A stretch of DNA of 64,000 bases. Source: an uncultured Rikenellaceae bacterium. GTDB taxonomy: Bacteria > Bacteroidota > Bacteroidia > Bacteroidales > Rikenellaceae. The position numbers were made by a program, and so were the translations under genes. This document shows, one piece after another, positions 37,688 through 48,500 of the stretch; within the stretch, counting starts at the first letter, position 1; each line of letters begins with the position of its first letter. The stretch spans positions 13,795-77,794 of the forward strand of contig CASEGL010000006.1 of the NCBI GenBank assembly GCA_949287525.1, given 5' to 3'. The notes below the pieces were generated by a model. The model searched no databases. It saw nothing but the letters and a program-made list of their open reading frames with translations, and was not told the DNA's origin.

Positions 37688-38548
37688 CTACCGCTGCTGT
37701 TCGTGACGTTCAAACGCCTCGAGCGTATTTTCCATCAGACAGGTGATGGTCATCGGGCCTACGCCGCCGGGCACTTTCGTAATCATGCCGGCCACCGGTT
37801 CGCAGGCTGCGAAATCGACGTCGCCGCACAGCTTGCCCGTCTCCGGATCGCGGTTCACTCCCACGTCGATCACCACGGCACCCGGTTTCACCATGTCGGC
37901 TGTCACGAATTTGGGACGTCCGATGGCCACCACCAGGATATCGGCCTCGCGCGTCACTTCCGGCAGGTTTTTGGTACGACTGTGCGCAATCGTCACCGTT
38001 GCATTCTCGTCGAGCAGCAGTTTTGCCACGGGCAGGCCGACAATGTTGCTGCGGCCGATCACCACGGCGCGCTTGCCGGAGATCTCCACGCCGGTGCTTT
38101 TCAGCAGGCGGATGATGCCTTTCGGCGTACACGGCATCAGGCAGGGCTGTTTCAGCCACAAGGCGGCGACATTGAGCGGATGGAATCCGTCCACGTCCTT
38201 TTCGCGGTCGATGGCGGCAATCACCTTCTCCGAATCGATATGTTTGGGCAGCGGCAGCTGCACGAGAATACCGTCCACCGTCCGATCGGCGTTCAGTTCG
38301 GCGATCAGTTCGAGCAGCTCCTGCTCCGTAATGGTATCCGGTTTCCGGATCGTCGTATTCTTCATGCCCAGTTCGTTGGCCATTTTGGCCTTTCCGGTCA
38401 CGTACGACACGCTGCCGGGATCATCGCCAACCAGCACGACCACCAGGTGAGGGGTGCGTCCGTATTGCTGTTCCAGTTCCTTGATGCGGGCCGTCATCTG
38501 CCGCTTCATCTCGGCCGACAAATCCTGTCCGCTAATAACCATACCCAT
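37688..38548 (-). CDS. folD: bifunctional methylenetetrahydrofolate dehydrogenase/cyclohydrolase
   Basis: ...[23 protein letters not shown]...[14 protein letters not shown]...[10 protein letters not shown]...CTPKGII...[17 protein letters not shown]...PGGVGPMTI are canonical FolD motifs. Confidence 0.9.
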   Translation of the reverse strand: MGMVISGQDLSAEMKRQMTARIKELEQQYGRTPHLVVVLVGDDPGSVSYVTGKAKMANELGMKNTTIRKPDTITEQELLELIAELNADRTVDGILVQLPLPKHIDSEKVIAAIDREKDVDGFHPLNVAALWLKQPCLMPCTPKGIIRLLKSTGVEISGKRAVVIGRSNIVGLPVAKLLLDENATVTIAHSRTKNLPEVTREADILVVAIGRPKFVTADMVKPGAVVIDVGVNRDPETGKLCGDVDFAACEPVAGMITKVPGGVGPMTITCLMENTLEAFERHEQQR

Positions 38549-38589
38549 AGCCTCTTATCCTTTCTTTTAATATTCTGAATTCTTCATTG

Positions 38590-39852
38590 CTATTTGCGCA
38601 GCGCGGCGGCACCGATGTCGTGACGGTAGAAGAGGTTGTCACACTGAATCGCATGCACGCCCTGCATGGCTTTTCCGTGCGCCTCCTCCAGCGTTGCCCC
38701 GCGGCCGACCACCATCAGCACGCGCCCGCCGGCCGTAACCAGTTCGCCGTCCTTCCGTGCGGTACCCATCTGATAGACGGTCACCGCCCCGTCGGCCTCG
38801 GCCTGCTCGACGCCCCGGATCGGGAATCCCTTCTCGCAACTGCCCGGATAGCCCTTCGAGGCCATCACGACGCCCAGCGCGGCACGGTCGTCCCATCGGA
38901 GTTCGCCCACGTCGCAGCCGTCGGCCACACCGGCGAACACATCGTAAATATCGCTCTGCAGACGCGGCAGAATCACCTCCGTCTCCGGATCGCCGAAACG
39001 GGCGTTGAACTCGATCACCTTCACCCCGTCGGCCGTCTTCATCAGTCCGCCGTAGAGTACGCCCGTGAAGGGAACCCCTTCGGCCGCCATGGCAGCCGCC
39101 GCAGGTTTCATGATCCGCTCCAGCGCATCGATCCGTTCCTCCTCGCTGACGAACGGCACGGGCGAATAGGCGCCCATACCGCCCGTATTGGGACCCTCGT
39201 TGCCGTCGAAGGCGCGTTTATGATCCTGCGCCAGGGGCATCGGCCACACCCGTTCGCCCGACACGAAGCACATGAACGAGAACTCCGGCCCCTCGAGGTA
39301 ATCCTCCACGACCACGCGGCCGTGACCGAACTTGTCGTCGAGCAGCATGTCGCGCAGGGCGGCATCAGCCTCCTCCATCGTCATGGCCACGACCACGCCT
39401 TTTCCGGCCGCCAGTCCGTCGTACTTGAGTACGGCCGGCAGCGGACGTCCGTGTACATAGTCATGTGCCGCTTCGTAGTTGTCGAAGGTGCGGTAGGCCG
39501 CCGTCGGAATGCCGTGACGCATCATCAACTCCTTGGCAAACTCCTTGCTGGTTTCGATGCGTGCGGCTTCGGCCGTCGGGCCGAAGATGCGCAATCCCTC
39601 CGCGCGGAAGCGGTTGACGATGCCGGCCGCCAGTGCCGATTCGGGTCCCACGACCGTCAGGTCAATGCCCTGTTCGCGTGCGAAGCGGAGCAATCCCTCC
39701 ACGTCGGTATCCTTCAGGGCGACCGTTTCGGCCTGCGCGGCGATGCCGGCATTGCCGGGCGCGCAATATATCTTGTTCACCTTCGGGGAGCGGGTCAGCG
39801 CATCCACGATCGCGTGGCAACGGCCGCCGCCTCCTACTACGAGTACTTTCAT
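38590..39852 (-). CDS. purD: phosphoribosylamine-glycine ligase
   Basis: ATG 39852 gives MKVLVVGGGGRCHAIVDALTRSPKVNKIYCAPGNAG...; ATP-grasp core; about 420 aa. Confidence 0.9.
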   Translation of the reverse strand: MKVLVVGGGGRCHAIVDALTRSPKVNKIYCAPGNAGIAAQAETVALKDTDVEGLLRFAREQGIDLTVVGPESALAAGIVNRFRAEGLRIFGPTAEAARIETSKEFAKELMMRHGIPTAAYRTFDNYEAAHDYVHGRPLPAVLKYDGLAAGKGVVVAMTMEEADAALRDMLLDDKFGHGRVVVEDYLEGPEFSFMCFVSGERVWPMPLAQDHKRAFDGNEGPNTGGMGAYSPVPFVSEEERIDALERIMKPAAAAMAAEGVPFTGVLYGGLMKTADGVKVIEFNARFGDPETEVILPRLQSDIYDVFAGVADGCDVGELRWDDRAALGVVMASKGYPGSCEKGFPIRGVEQAEADGAVTVYQMGTARKDGELVTAGGRVLMVVGRGATLEEAHGKAMQGVHAIQCDNLFYRHDIGAAALRK

Positions 39853-39957
39853 GACAATCTCTTTTTTCGTTTCCGTATCGTCCTTCCCTGCCGCCGCGTC
39901 CGTGCGGTCTCCGGAAGAAAGCGAACGCACCGGCCTGCGCGGCCGGTGCATCGCCCA

Positions 39958-41487
39958 TCAATGTTTGAAGTGGCGTTCGCCGGTAAAGACCATGACGACG
40001 CCCAGTTCGTTGGCTTTCACGATCGAGTCGTTGTCGCGGATGCTGCCGCCGGGCTGCACGATGGCCGTCACGCCGTAGCTTGCCGCCAGCGCCACCGTAT
40101 CGTCAAAGGGCAGGAAGCCGTCCGAAGCCAGCACCAGCCCCTCGGTCACACCTTTCGCCTTGGCCTCGCGCAGGGCGATTTCGGCCGAACCCACGCGGTT
40201 CATCTGACCGGCACCCACGCCGACCGTCGCACCGTTCTTCACGACCACGATGGCGTTTGACTTGACGTGTTTCACGATCCGCCATGCGAAGTCCATATCG
40301 GCCAGCAGCTCCTCGGCCGGACGTTTCTCGGTCACGGCCATCTCGGTGGTCACCGTCTTGGTCACCGTATCGAGATCCTGCACGAGCAGGCCGCCGTTTA
40401 CGCTCACCAGCTGGCGTTCGTGTACGCCGCTGCGGTCCATGTTCACCTCCAGCAGACGCAGGTTCTTCTTCGTGGTCAGGATTTCCAATGCCTCTTTCGA
40501 GAAGGACGGCGCGATGATAATCTCCAGGAAGATCGGTTTCATGGCAGCCGCCGTTTCGCCGTCCAGTTCGCGGTTCACGGCCACGATGCCGCCGTAGATG
40601 CTCACCTGATCGGCCTCATACGCCTTCTGCCATGCCTCGCCGATGGTTACTCCGACAGCGGCACCGCAGGGGTTCATGTGCTTCAGGCCGACACAGAAGG
40701 GCTGCTCGAACTCGCGCACGATGTTCAGCGCGGCATTGGCATCCTGTATGTTATTGTAGGAAAGTTCCTTGCCGTTCAGCTGACGGGCATGCGCCAGCGA
40801 GAAGGGTACCGGCGTCGCGCTGCGGTAGAACTTGGCCTGCTGGTGGGGGTTCTCGCCGTAGCGGAGCGACTGTGCGATGTCAAATTCGAGGAACAGTTTT
40901 TCGGGCAGTCCGGCCTTGTCGCGCAGGTAGGTGGCGATGCAGGCATCATACTGTGCCGTGTGGGTAAACGCCTTGGCCGACAGCTGCAGACGCGTTTCGG
41001 GTTTGGTGTTGCCGCCCTCGCGGATCTCGGCGATCACCTGTTCGTAGTCCTGCGGATCGCAGACCACCGTCACGTCGCGGTAGTTCTTGGCCGCGCTGCG
41101 CAGCATCGAGGGGCCGCCGATGTCGATGTTCTCGATGGCGTCCTCCATGGTGACGTCGGGTTTGGCAATCGTCTGACGGAACGGATAGAGGTTCACGCAC
41201 ACCATGTCGATGAACTCGATGCCGTTCTCCTTCAGTGCATCGAGATGGCTCTGCAGGTCGCGGCGAGCCAGCAGGCCGCCGTGTACTTTGGGATGCAGCG
41301 TTTTCACGCGGCCGTCGCAGATCTCCGGAAAGCCGGTCACGTCACTGATGTTGATGACCTTCAGTCCCTCCTCGCGCAGCAGTTTCATCGTACCGCCGGT
41401 AGCGATGATCTCCCAGCCGAGCTGTTGCAATGCGCGGGCGAAATCGACCACGCCCGTCTTGTCGCTGACACTGATAAGCGCTCTCAT
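39958..41487 (-). CDS. purH: bifunctional AICAR transformylase / IMP cyclohydrolase
   Basis: Starts MRALISVSDKTGVVDFARALQQLGWEIIATGGT...VKTLHPKVHGG...; 509 aa. Confidence 0.9.
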   Translation of the reverse strand: MRALISVSDKTGVVDFARALQQLGWEIIATGGTMKLLREEGLKVINISDVTGFPEICDGRVKTLHPKVHGGLLARRDLQSHLDALKENGIEFIDMVCVNLYPFRQTIAKPDVTMEDAIENIDIGGPSMLRSAAKNYRDVTVVCDPQDYEQVIAEIREGGNTKPETRLQLSAKAFTHTAQYDACIATYLRDKAGLPEKLFLEFDIAQSLRYGENPHQQAKFYRSATPVPFSLAHARQLNGKELSYNNIQDANAALNIVREFEQPFCVGLKHMNPCGAAVGVTIGEAWQKAYEADQVSIYGGIVAVNRELDGETAAAMKPIFLEIIIAPSFSKEALEILTTKKNLRLLEVNMDRSGVHERQLVSVNGGLLVQDLDTVTKTVTTEMAVTEKRPAEELLADMDFAWRIVKHVKSNAIVVVKNGATVGVGAGQMNRVGSAEIALREAKAKGVTEGLVLASDGFLPFDDTVALAASYGVTAIVQPGGSIRDNDSIVKANELGVVMVFTGERHFKH

Positions 41488-41530
41488 AGCTTCTTCGTTT
41501 TATTTTGCTGTTTTCTGTTTTCCCTTGTGT

Positions 41531-42130
41531 TTACTGTCTGAGCAGCCGTCCTCCGGCGATCAGTTCCGCAACGGTCTCCACGTAGAGCGGATGCTCCACG
41601 GCATGCACCATGGCTTCGAGTTCGTCCGGATCGCTTCCCTTGTAGTCGAACGCGCGCTGGGCGATGATCCGCCCGCCGTCGAGTTCGCCGTTCACGTAGT
41701 GGATCGTCACGCCATAGACCTTGACGCCGTACTCAAAGGCGTCCCGAATCGCATACGCCCCCTTGAATGCGGGCAGCAGCGAGGGATGGATGTTGATGAT
41801 CCGCCCGTCATAGGCGCCGAGCATCACGTCGGAGAGGATCCGCATGTAGCCGGCCAGACAGACGAGTTCCACGCCGCAGGCATCGAGCCTGGAGACGATC
41901 TCCCGCTCGTAGGCCTCCTTGGAGGGGTACTCCTTCGGACGGAACGCAAAGACCGGCACGCCGAACCGCGCCGCCCGTTCGCACACATAGGCGCCGGGGC
42001 GGTCACAGACGACCAGCGCCACTTCGGCATCGAGCCGGCCGTCGGCACAGGCCTGGGCGATCGCCTCGAAGTTGCTGCCGTTTCCGCTGGCGAAAACGGC
42101 CAGCCGGGTTTTTCTTGCCGCTGCCGCCAT
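41531..42130 (-). CDS. purN: phosphoribosylglycinamide formyltransferase
   Basis: Contains RLAVFASGNGSNFEAI...LVCLAGYMRIL...INIHPSLLPAFKG; 199 aa. Confidence 0.9.
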   Translation of the reverse strand: MAAAARKTRLAVFASGNGSNFEAIAQACADGRLDAEVALVVCDRPGAYVCERAARFGVPVFAFRPKEYPSKEAYEREIVSRLDACGVELVCLAGYMRILSDVMLGAYDGRIINIHPSLLPAFKGAYAIRDAFEYGVKVYGVTIHYVNGELDGGRIIAQRAFDYKGSDPDELEAMVHAVEHPLYVETVAELIAGGRLLRQ

Positions 42131-42134
42131 GGTC

Positions 42135-43160
42135 CTACTCGATCACTACGCCTTCGCGGTCGGTTACGCGGCCGATCACCGAAGCGCGTTCGCCGCTGGC
42201 TTCGAGCAGCGCGATGGCTTTCTGCGCGTCGGCCTCCGGCAGGGCGATGACCATGCCGATACCCATGTTGAAGATGTTGAACATCTCGCGGTGTTCGATG
42301 TGGCCGTACTTCTCCAGGAAGCGGAACACGGGCAGAATCTCCCACGTACCCTCCTTGACGGCAATACCCTGTCCTTCGCGCAGGATGCGGGGGATGTTCT
42401 CGTCGAAGCCGCCTCCGGTGATGTGGCTGATGCCGTGTACGTCGCACTCGGCAATCACCTTCAGCACCTGTTTCACATAGATGCGGGTCGGGGTGAGCAG
42501 CACCTCGCCGAGGGTTTTGTCGCTCAGTTCGGGATATACTTTCTTGAGGTCGAATCCGTTGTCGGCCACGATCTTGCGCACGAGGCTGAAACCGTTCGAG
42601 TGAACGCCGCTCGAAGCGATTCCCACCAGCACGTCGCCCACGGCCACCTTCGAGCCGTCGATCAGGCGCGACTTCTCCACCACGCCGCAGGTAAATCCGG
42701 CAATGTCGTAGTCCTCCTTGGCGTACATGCCGGGCATTTCGGCCGTTTCGCCGCCCACGAGGGCGCAACCGGCCTGACGGCATCCGTCAGCCACGCCGGC
42801 CACAATGGCCTCCACCTTGACCGGATCGTTGAGTCCGAGAGCTATGTAGTCGAGGAACAGGATGGGTTCGGCACCCTGAGCCAGCACGTCGTTCACGCAC
42901 ATGGCCACGGCGTCAATGCCGATCGTGTCGTGTTTGTCCATTTCGATGGCGATTTTGAGTTTGGTACCCACGCCATCCGTACCGCTCACCAGCACGGGCT
43001 CGGCCACCTTCAGGGCCGAGAGGTCGAACATGCCGCCGAAAGCGCCGATGTTGCCCATCACGCCCAGCCGTGCGGTCGATGCCACATGCTTCTTGATACG
43101 TCTTACGCCTTCGTAACCGGCTTCGAGGCTCACGCCGGCCTCCTCATAGCTCTTTGCCAT
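42135..43160 (-). CDS. purM: phosphoribosylformylglycinamidine cyclo-ligase (AIR synthetase)
   Basis: Starts [23 protein letters not shown]...GAFGGMFDL...[14 protein letters not shown]...; 341 aa. Confidence 0.9.
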   Translation of the reverse strand: MAKSYEEAGVSLEAGYEGVRRIKKHVASTARLGVMGNIGAFGGMFDLSALKVAEPVLVSGTDGVGTKLKIAIEMDKHDTIGIDAVAMCVNDVLAQGAEPILFLDYIALGLNDPVKVEAIVAGVADGCRQAGCALVGGETAEMPGMYAKEDYDIAGFTCGVVEKSRLIDGSKVAVGDVLVGIASSGVHSNGFSLVRKIVADNGFDLKKVYPELSDKTLGEVLLTPTRIYVKQVLKVIAECDVHGISHITGGGFDENIPRILREGQGIAVKEGTWEILPVFRFLEKYGHIEHREMFNIFNMGIGMVIALPEADAQKAIALLEASGERASVIGRVTDREGVVIE

Positions 43161-43188
43161 AGATCTATCGCTTTTTTTCGATGTTTAG

Positions 43189-44601
43189 CTAAAATTTCTT
43201 GTCCTTGTTGGCGTCATATACCGACTGGTAGAGCGCCGTCGGGTAATGGCCCGTGAAGCAGGCGATGCACAGTTCGTGGCGGTCGCCCGCTGCGCGGAAC
43301 AGCGCCTCCGGCGACAGCCACTCCAGCGAATCGGCGCCGATGATCTCGCGGGCGCGCTCCTTGCCGTCCTTGCCGGCGCAGATCAGCTCGTCGTAGGTCG
43401 ATATGTCCACGCCGTAGAAACAGGGGCTGGTGATGGCGGGGCTGGCGATGCGCAGGTGAATCTCCTTGGCGCCGGCCTGGCGCAGCATCTTCACGATGCG
43501 CCGCGAGGTGGTGCCGCGCACGATCGAGTCGTCCACCAGCACGATCCGCTTGCCGTCCACGATGCTGTGTACGGGCGACAGTTTCATCCGCACGCCCTTC
43601 TCGCGCAGCTCCTGCGAGGGCTGGATGAAGGTGCGGCCCACATATTTGTTCTTGATAAGACCCAGCTCATAGGGAATGCCGCTCGCCTCGCTGTAGCCGA
43701 TCGCGGCGCTGAGGCTCGAATCGGGTACACCCACCACGATGTCGGCGTCCACGGGATGCTCCTCGTAGAGCATGCGTCCGGTCTCCTTGCGGAACGAATG
43801 GACGTTCACGTTCTCGATGTCGCTGTCGGGACGGGCAAAATAGACATACTCCATGGCGCACATGTTGTAGTGCTTGAATTTGGAGTAGTCCACGCTCTGC
43901 AGGCCGTTCGCGTCGATGATGACCACCTCGCCGGGAGCCACGTCGCGCACGAATTCGGCGCCGACCACCTCGAAGGCGCAAGTCTCGCTGCTGACCACCC
44001 ATCCGTCGCCCAGGCGGCCGATGGAGAGCGGGCGCAGGCCGTGCTTGTCACGGCAGGCGTAGATCTTGCTGGCCGTCTCGATGAGCAGGGCGAAAGCGCC
44101 CTCGACCATGTTCAACGCATCCAGAATCGGGAAGATACGGTCTCTGTTATCGGTCTCCTTCTTGATGAGGTGCGCGAAGATTTCGCTGTCGGAGGTCGAA
44201 TGGAAGAGGCTGCCGCGCTCTTCGAGGAAGGTTCTCAGCTGCACCGAGTTTACGAGGTTTCCGTTGTGCGCGAGGGCAAAGTCGCCCGTACTGTGCATGA
44301 ACAGGAAGGGCTGCACGTTGTCGATGCCGCCGCCGCCCGTCGTCGAATAGCGGACATGACCGATCGCCATGTTACCGGTGAGCGTTTTGATATTTTCCTC
44401 GTTGAAGACTTCCGACACCAGCCCTTCACCCTTGACGCGATGGAACACGCGGTTATCGACACTGACGATACCGCACCCCTCCTGACCGCGATGCTGCAAC
44501 GAATGGAGTCCGTAGTAGGTGAGCGACGCCGCATTGGCGACTCCGAAAACGCCGAAAACGCCGCACTCTTCGTGGATCGTTCTGTCCTGATAAATAGCCA
44601 T
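43189..44601 (-). CDS. purF: amidophosphoribosyltransferase
   Basis: ATG 44601 gives MAIYQDRTIHEECGVFGVFG... (N-terminal nucleophile Cys context). PRTase loop is RIVLVDDSIVRGTTS. Confidence 0.9.
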   Translation of the reverse strand: MAIYQDRTIHEECGVFGVFGVANAASLTYYGLHSLQHRGQEGCGIVSVDNRVFHRVKGEGLVSEVFNEENIKTLTGNMAIGHVRYSTTGGGGIDNVQPFLFMHSTGDFALAHNGNLVNSVQLRTFLEERGSLFHSTSDSEIFAHLIKKETDNRDRIFPILDALNMVEGAFALLIETASKIYACRDKHGLRPLSIGRLGDGWVVSSETCAFEVVGAEFVRDVAPGEVVIIDANGLQSVDYSKFKHYNMCAMEYVYFARPDSDIENVNVHSFRKETGRMLYEEHPVDADIVVGVPDSSLSAAIGYSEASGIPYELGLIKNKYVGRTFIQPSQELREKGVRMKLSPVHSIVDGKRIVLVDDSIVRGTTSRRIVKMLRQAGAKEIHLRIASPAITSPCFYGVDISTYDELICAGKDGKERAREIIGADSLEWLSPEALFRAAGDRHELCIACFTGHYPTALYQSVYDANKDKKF

Positions 44602-44791
44602 TTGCTTTCCTCCGAATAAAAATTGCTCATTGCCCGCCACCCGCTGCGGGTGACGGCTGCCGGAATCGTCTTTCGGACGGACTTCCGTCTGTGTTCCTGC
44701 GGGCGGGTCGCCCCCCACGCAGAAAAAAGGTTTTCCGACCCCGTAAAGATAACATTTTTTACGGGACCGGAATATACCGTTCCGTGCTTCT

Positions 44792-45499
44792 CTATTTCGT
44801 GAGACGACGGAGAATCTCCTCGTATGCTTCGCGCACCTTGCCCAGGTCGCGGCGGAAACGATCCTTGTCGAGTTTCTCGTTGGTTTCGGCATCCCACAGG
44901 CGGCTGGTATCGGGGCTGATCTCGTCGGCCAGCACGATTTTGCCGTCGCTCGTTTTACCGAACTCCACCTTGAAGTCGATCAAATTGACGCCCAGCCCGT
45001 TGAACAGGTCCGTCAGCAGCGTGTTGATCTTGCGGGTCATTGCGAGAATCTCGTCCAGTTCCTCGTAGGTTGCAATCCCCAGCGCCACGACATGGTCATT
45101 GTTGATGAGCGGATCGCCCAGTTCGTCCTTCTTGTAGCAGATGTCGATAATCGTGTTCGACGGTCTGGTTCCTTCCGAAATATCGAGGCGTTTGGCCATC
45201 GAACCGGCGATGACGTTGCGCACGATCACCTCGATCGGGAAGATGGTCACACGGCGGCAGAGCTGGTCGCGTTCGCCGAGCTGCTCGACGAAGTGGGTCG
45301 GGATGCCATGCTCCATGAGGTATTTGAAGATGATGGTCGAGATCTGGTTGTTGAGCGGGCCTTTTCCCTCGATGGTGGCCTTCTTCACGTTGTTGTAAGC
45401 CGACGCATCATCCTTGTAATGGATCACGATCAGATCAGGATCATCCGTCAGGAACACCTGCTTCGCTTTGCCCTCATAGAGCATTTCACGCTTTTCCAT
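44792..45499 (-). CDS. purC: phosphoribosylaminoimidazole-succinocarboxamide synthase
   Basis: Starts MEKREMLYEGKAKQVFLTDDPDLIVIHYKDDASAYN...; 235 aa. Confidence 0.9.
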   Translation of the reverse strand: MEKREMLYEGKAKQVFLTDDPDLIVIHYKDDASAYNNVKKATIEGKGPLNNQISTIIFKYLMEHGIPTHFVEQLGERDQLCRRVTIFPIEVIVRNVIAGSMAKRLDISEGTRPSNTIIDICYKKDELGDPLINNDHVVALGIATYEELDEILAMTRKINTLLTDLFNGLGVNLIDFKVEFGKTSDGKIVLADEISPDTSRLWDAETNEKLDKDRFRRDLGKVREAYEEILRRLTK

Positions 45500-45573
45500 A
45501 ATCGTTTCTATTTTTCTTTTTCTTTTATCGTATGCTGTCGCGGGCAGCGCGGAACAGACTCCGCGTGCGCGCC

Positions 45574-48500
45574 TTATTTTTTTCTGAAATACCTTACGGC
45601 GTTGCCGAACAGGTCCTGCGTCTTCTCACCGGCTATGTTACGGAACAGATTCTGCTCGTAGCGCTCCGTGTGGCCCATTTTGCCGAGGATCTGACCGTCG
45701 CGGCTCACGATGCCCTCGATGCCGTAATAGGAGCCGTTCGGGTTGAACGGAGCCACGCCCGTGGGTTCGCCCGCCTCGTCGGCATACTGGAAGGCCACCT
45801 GGCCGTTTGCGAAGAGCTCCTCGGCCAGTTTGCGGCTCACCACGAACTTGCCCTCTCCGTGGCTTACGGCAATCGTGTGCAGGTCGCCCACCTCGAATCC
45901 GGTCAGCCAGGGCGAGTTCACCGAAGCCACCCGCGTACGCACCGCCTGGGAGATGTGGCGGTTCACATCGTTGCGGAAGAGGGTCGGCGATTCGGGGGTT
46001 ACCATGCCCAGCCGTCCGTAGGGCAACAGACCCGACTTGACGAGAGCCTGGAAACCGTTGCAGATGCCGAGGATCAGGCCGCCGCGGTCGAGCAGCTTGT
46101 GGATTTCGTCGGTGATGGCCTTGTTGTTCAGCACGCTGACGATAAACTTGCCGCTGCCGTCGGGTTCGTCGCCCGACGAGAAACCGCCGCTGAGTACGAA
46201 GATGTCGCAGGCGGCGATCCGCTGACGCATCTCCTCGATCGACCCCAGCACGTCATCGGCCGTCAGGTTGCGGAACACGCTGAAGGTCACCTCGGCGCCC
46301 GCGCGGCGGAAAGCCTTGGCCGTATCGTAGTCGCAGTTCGTTCCGGGGAACGAGGGCAGGAATACGACGGGATGCGCCTTCGCCTCGCCCTTGTAGGTAT
46401 GTTTCACGACCGGAGCGGCCACCTTCATCACTTCGGGACAGGTAGCTCCGCGGTCGGGATAGATCGTGCAGAACTTCGCGGTGTTGGCTTCGAGCAGGCG
46501 GTCGATCGCCATGCGCACGCCGTTCACCGTCACGCTCTCCTCGCCCACCGTGCGGCCGATCAGCTCCACGTTCGGATCGGAAAGTTCGGTGCGGCTCTCC
46601 ACCACGAGCGAGCCGTAGCCATAGCCGAAGAGGGTCGGTTCGTCGATCGTGATTTCGGCGCCGATGCGGTTGCCGAAAGCCATCTTGGCCACCGCTTCGG
46701 CCACGCCGCCGAAGCCTGCCGCCCAGCCCGACACGATGTCGCCCCGCTCGATGCGGTCGCTCACCATCGTCCAGTTGCGGCGCAGCTGTTCGGTGTCGGG
46801 CATCCGGTTGGCCAGCGGCACGTGGCGCACCAGGTAGATGCGGTTGCCCGCCTGTTTGAATTCAGGGCTGATGACGCGGCCCGCATTGACCGTCGTCACG
46901 CCGAAGGCGATGAGGGTCGGCGGCACGTTGATGTCCTTGAAGGTGCCGCTCATGGAGTCCTTGCCGCCGATGGAGGGCAGTCCCAGTTCGTACTGCATCT
47001 TCAGCGCACCCAGCAGGGCGGCCGCCGGCAGACCCCACGTGTGCGGGTCCTCGGTCATGCGCTCGAAGTACTCCTGGTAGGAGAAGCGCATCCGGTCAAA
47101 GCGCGCGCCGGCCGACACGGCCTTCGTAACGGCCTCGACAACGGCATAGGCCGCACCGTGATAGGGGCTCCACTTGGTGATATAGGGGTTGTAGCCGAAG
47201 GTCATGATGCTGGCCGTATCGGTATAGCCGTAACCTACGGGGATCTTCTGTACGGAAACCTGCGTTTCGGTGGTCTGCGTGCGTCCACCGTAAGGCATCA
47301 GCACGGTCGAACGGCCGATCGTCGAGTCGAACATCTCGACCAGTCCCTTCTGCGACAGCACGTTGTTGTCCGACAGGGTGGCGACCATCTTCTCCTCGAG
47401 GGTGGCTCCGGCTGCCGTGCGTGCAAACGGATCGTGTTCGTCCACGCGGCCGATCGTCGCCTTGGCGTAGTGTTTCGCACCGGCGCTGTCGATGAAGTCG
47501 CGCGAGAGATCGACCACCAGCTCGCCCTTGCCGTACATGCGCATGCGGCGCGTGTCGGTCACGTCGGCCACGTGGGTCGCCTCAACGTTCTCCTCGGCGC
47601 AGTAGCGCTCGAACTCGGCGCGGTCCTTCGCTTCGATCACGACGGCCATGCGCTCCTGCGATTCGCTGATGGCCAGTTCGGTATAGTTCAGGCCGCTGTA
47701 CTTGGTCGGCACGCGGTCGAGATAGATGTCCAGTCCGTCGGTCAGCTCGCCGATGGCCACACTCACGCCGCCCGCACCGAAGTCGTTGGACTTCTTGATG
47801 AGGCGCGTCACCTCCGGACGGCGGAACAGCCGCTGCAGTTTGCGCTCCTCGGGAGCGTTGCCCTTCTGCACCTCGCTGCTGCACAGCTCCAGTGAATGGG
47901 CATTGTGTTCCTTCGAGGAACCCGTCGCGCCGCCCACGCCGTCACGGCCGGTACGGCCGCCCAGCAACAAGACGATGTCGCCCGGCACGGGCGATTCGCG
48001 GCGCACGTTCTCGGCCTTCACGGCGCCGACCACGGCACCGACTTCGAGACGCTTGGCCACATAGTCGTCGTGGTAGATCTCGCGCACCTGGGTGGTTGCC
48101 AGACCGATCTGGTTGCCGTAGCTCGAATAGCCGGCGGCAGCCTTCGTGCTGATGATGCGCTGCGGCAGCTTGCCTTCGAGCGTCTCGCCCACCGGCATGT
48201 AGATGTTGCCCGCACCGGTCACGCGCATGGCCTGATAGACATACGCACGGCCCGACAGCGGGTCGCGGATGGCGCCGCCCAGACAGGTCGATGCGCCGCC
48301 GAAGGGTTCGATCTCGGTCGGGTGGTTGTGGGTCTCGTTCTTGAACTGCAGGAGCCACTTTTCGGGCTGGCCGTCCACATCGACCGTGATGAATATGCTG
48401 CAGGCGTTATTCTCTTCGCTCTGCTCCATGTCGTCGAGCAGGCCTTTCTTTTTCAGGTAGCGGGCGCCGATCGTGGCCATGTCCATCAGGCACTCGGCCT

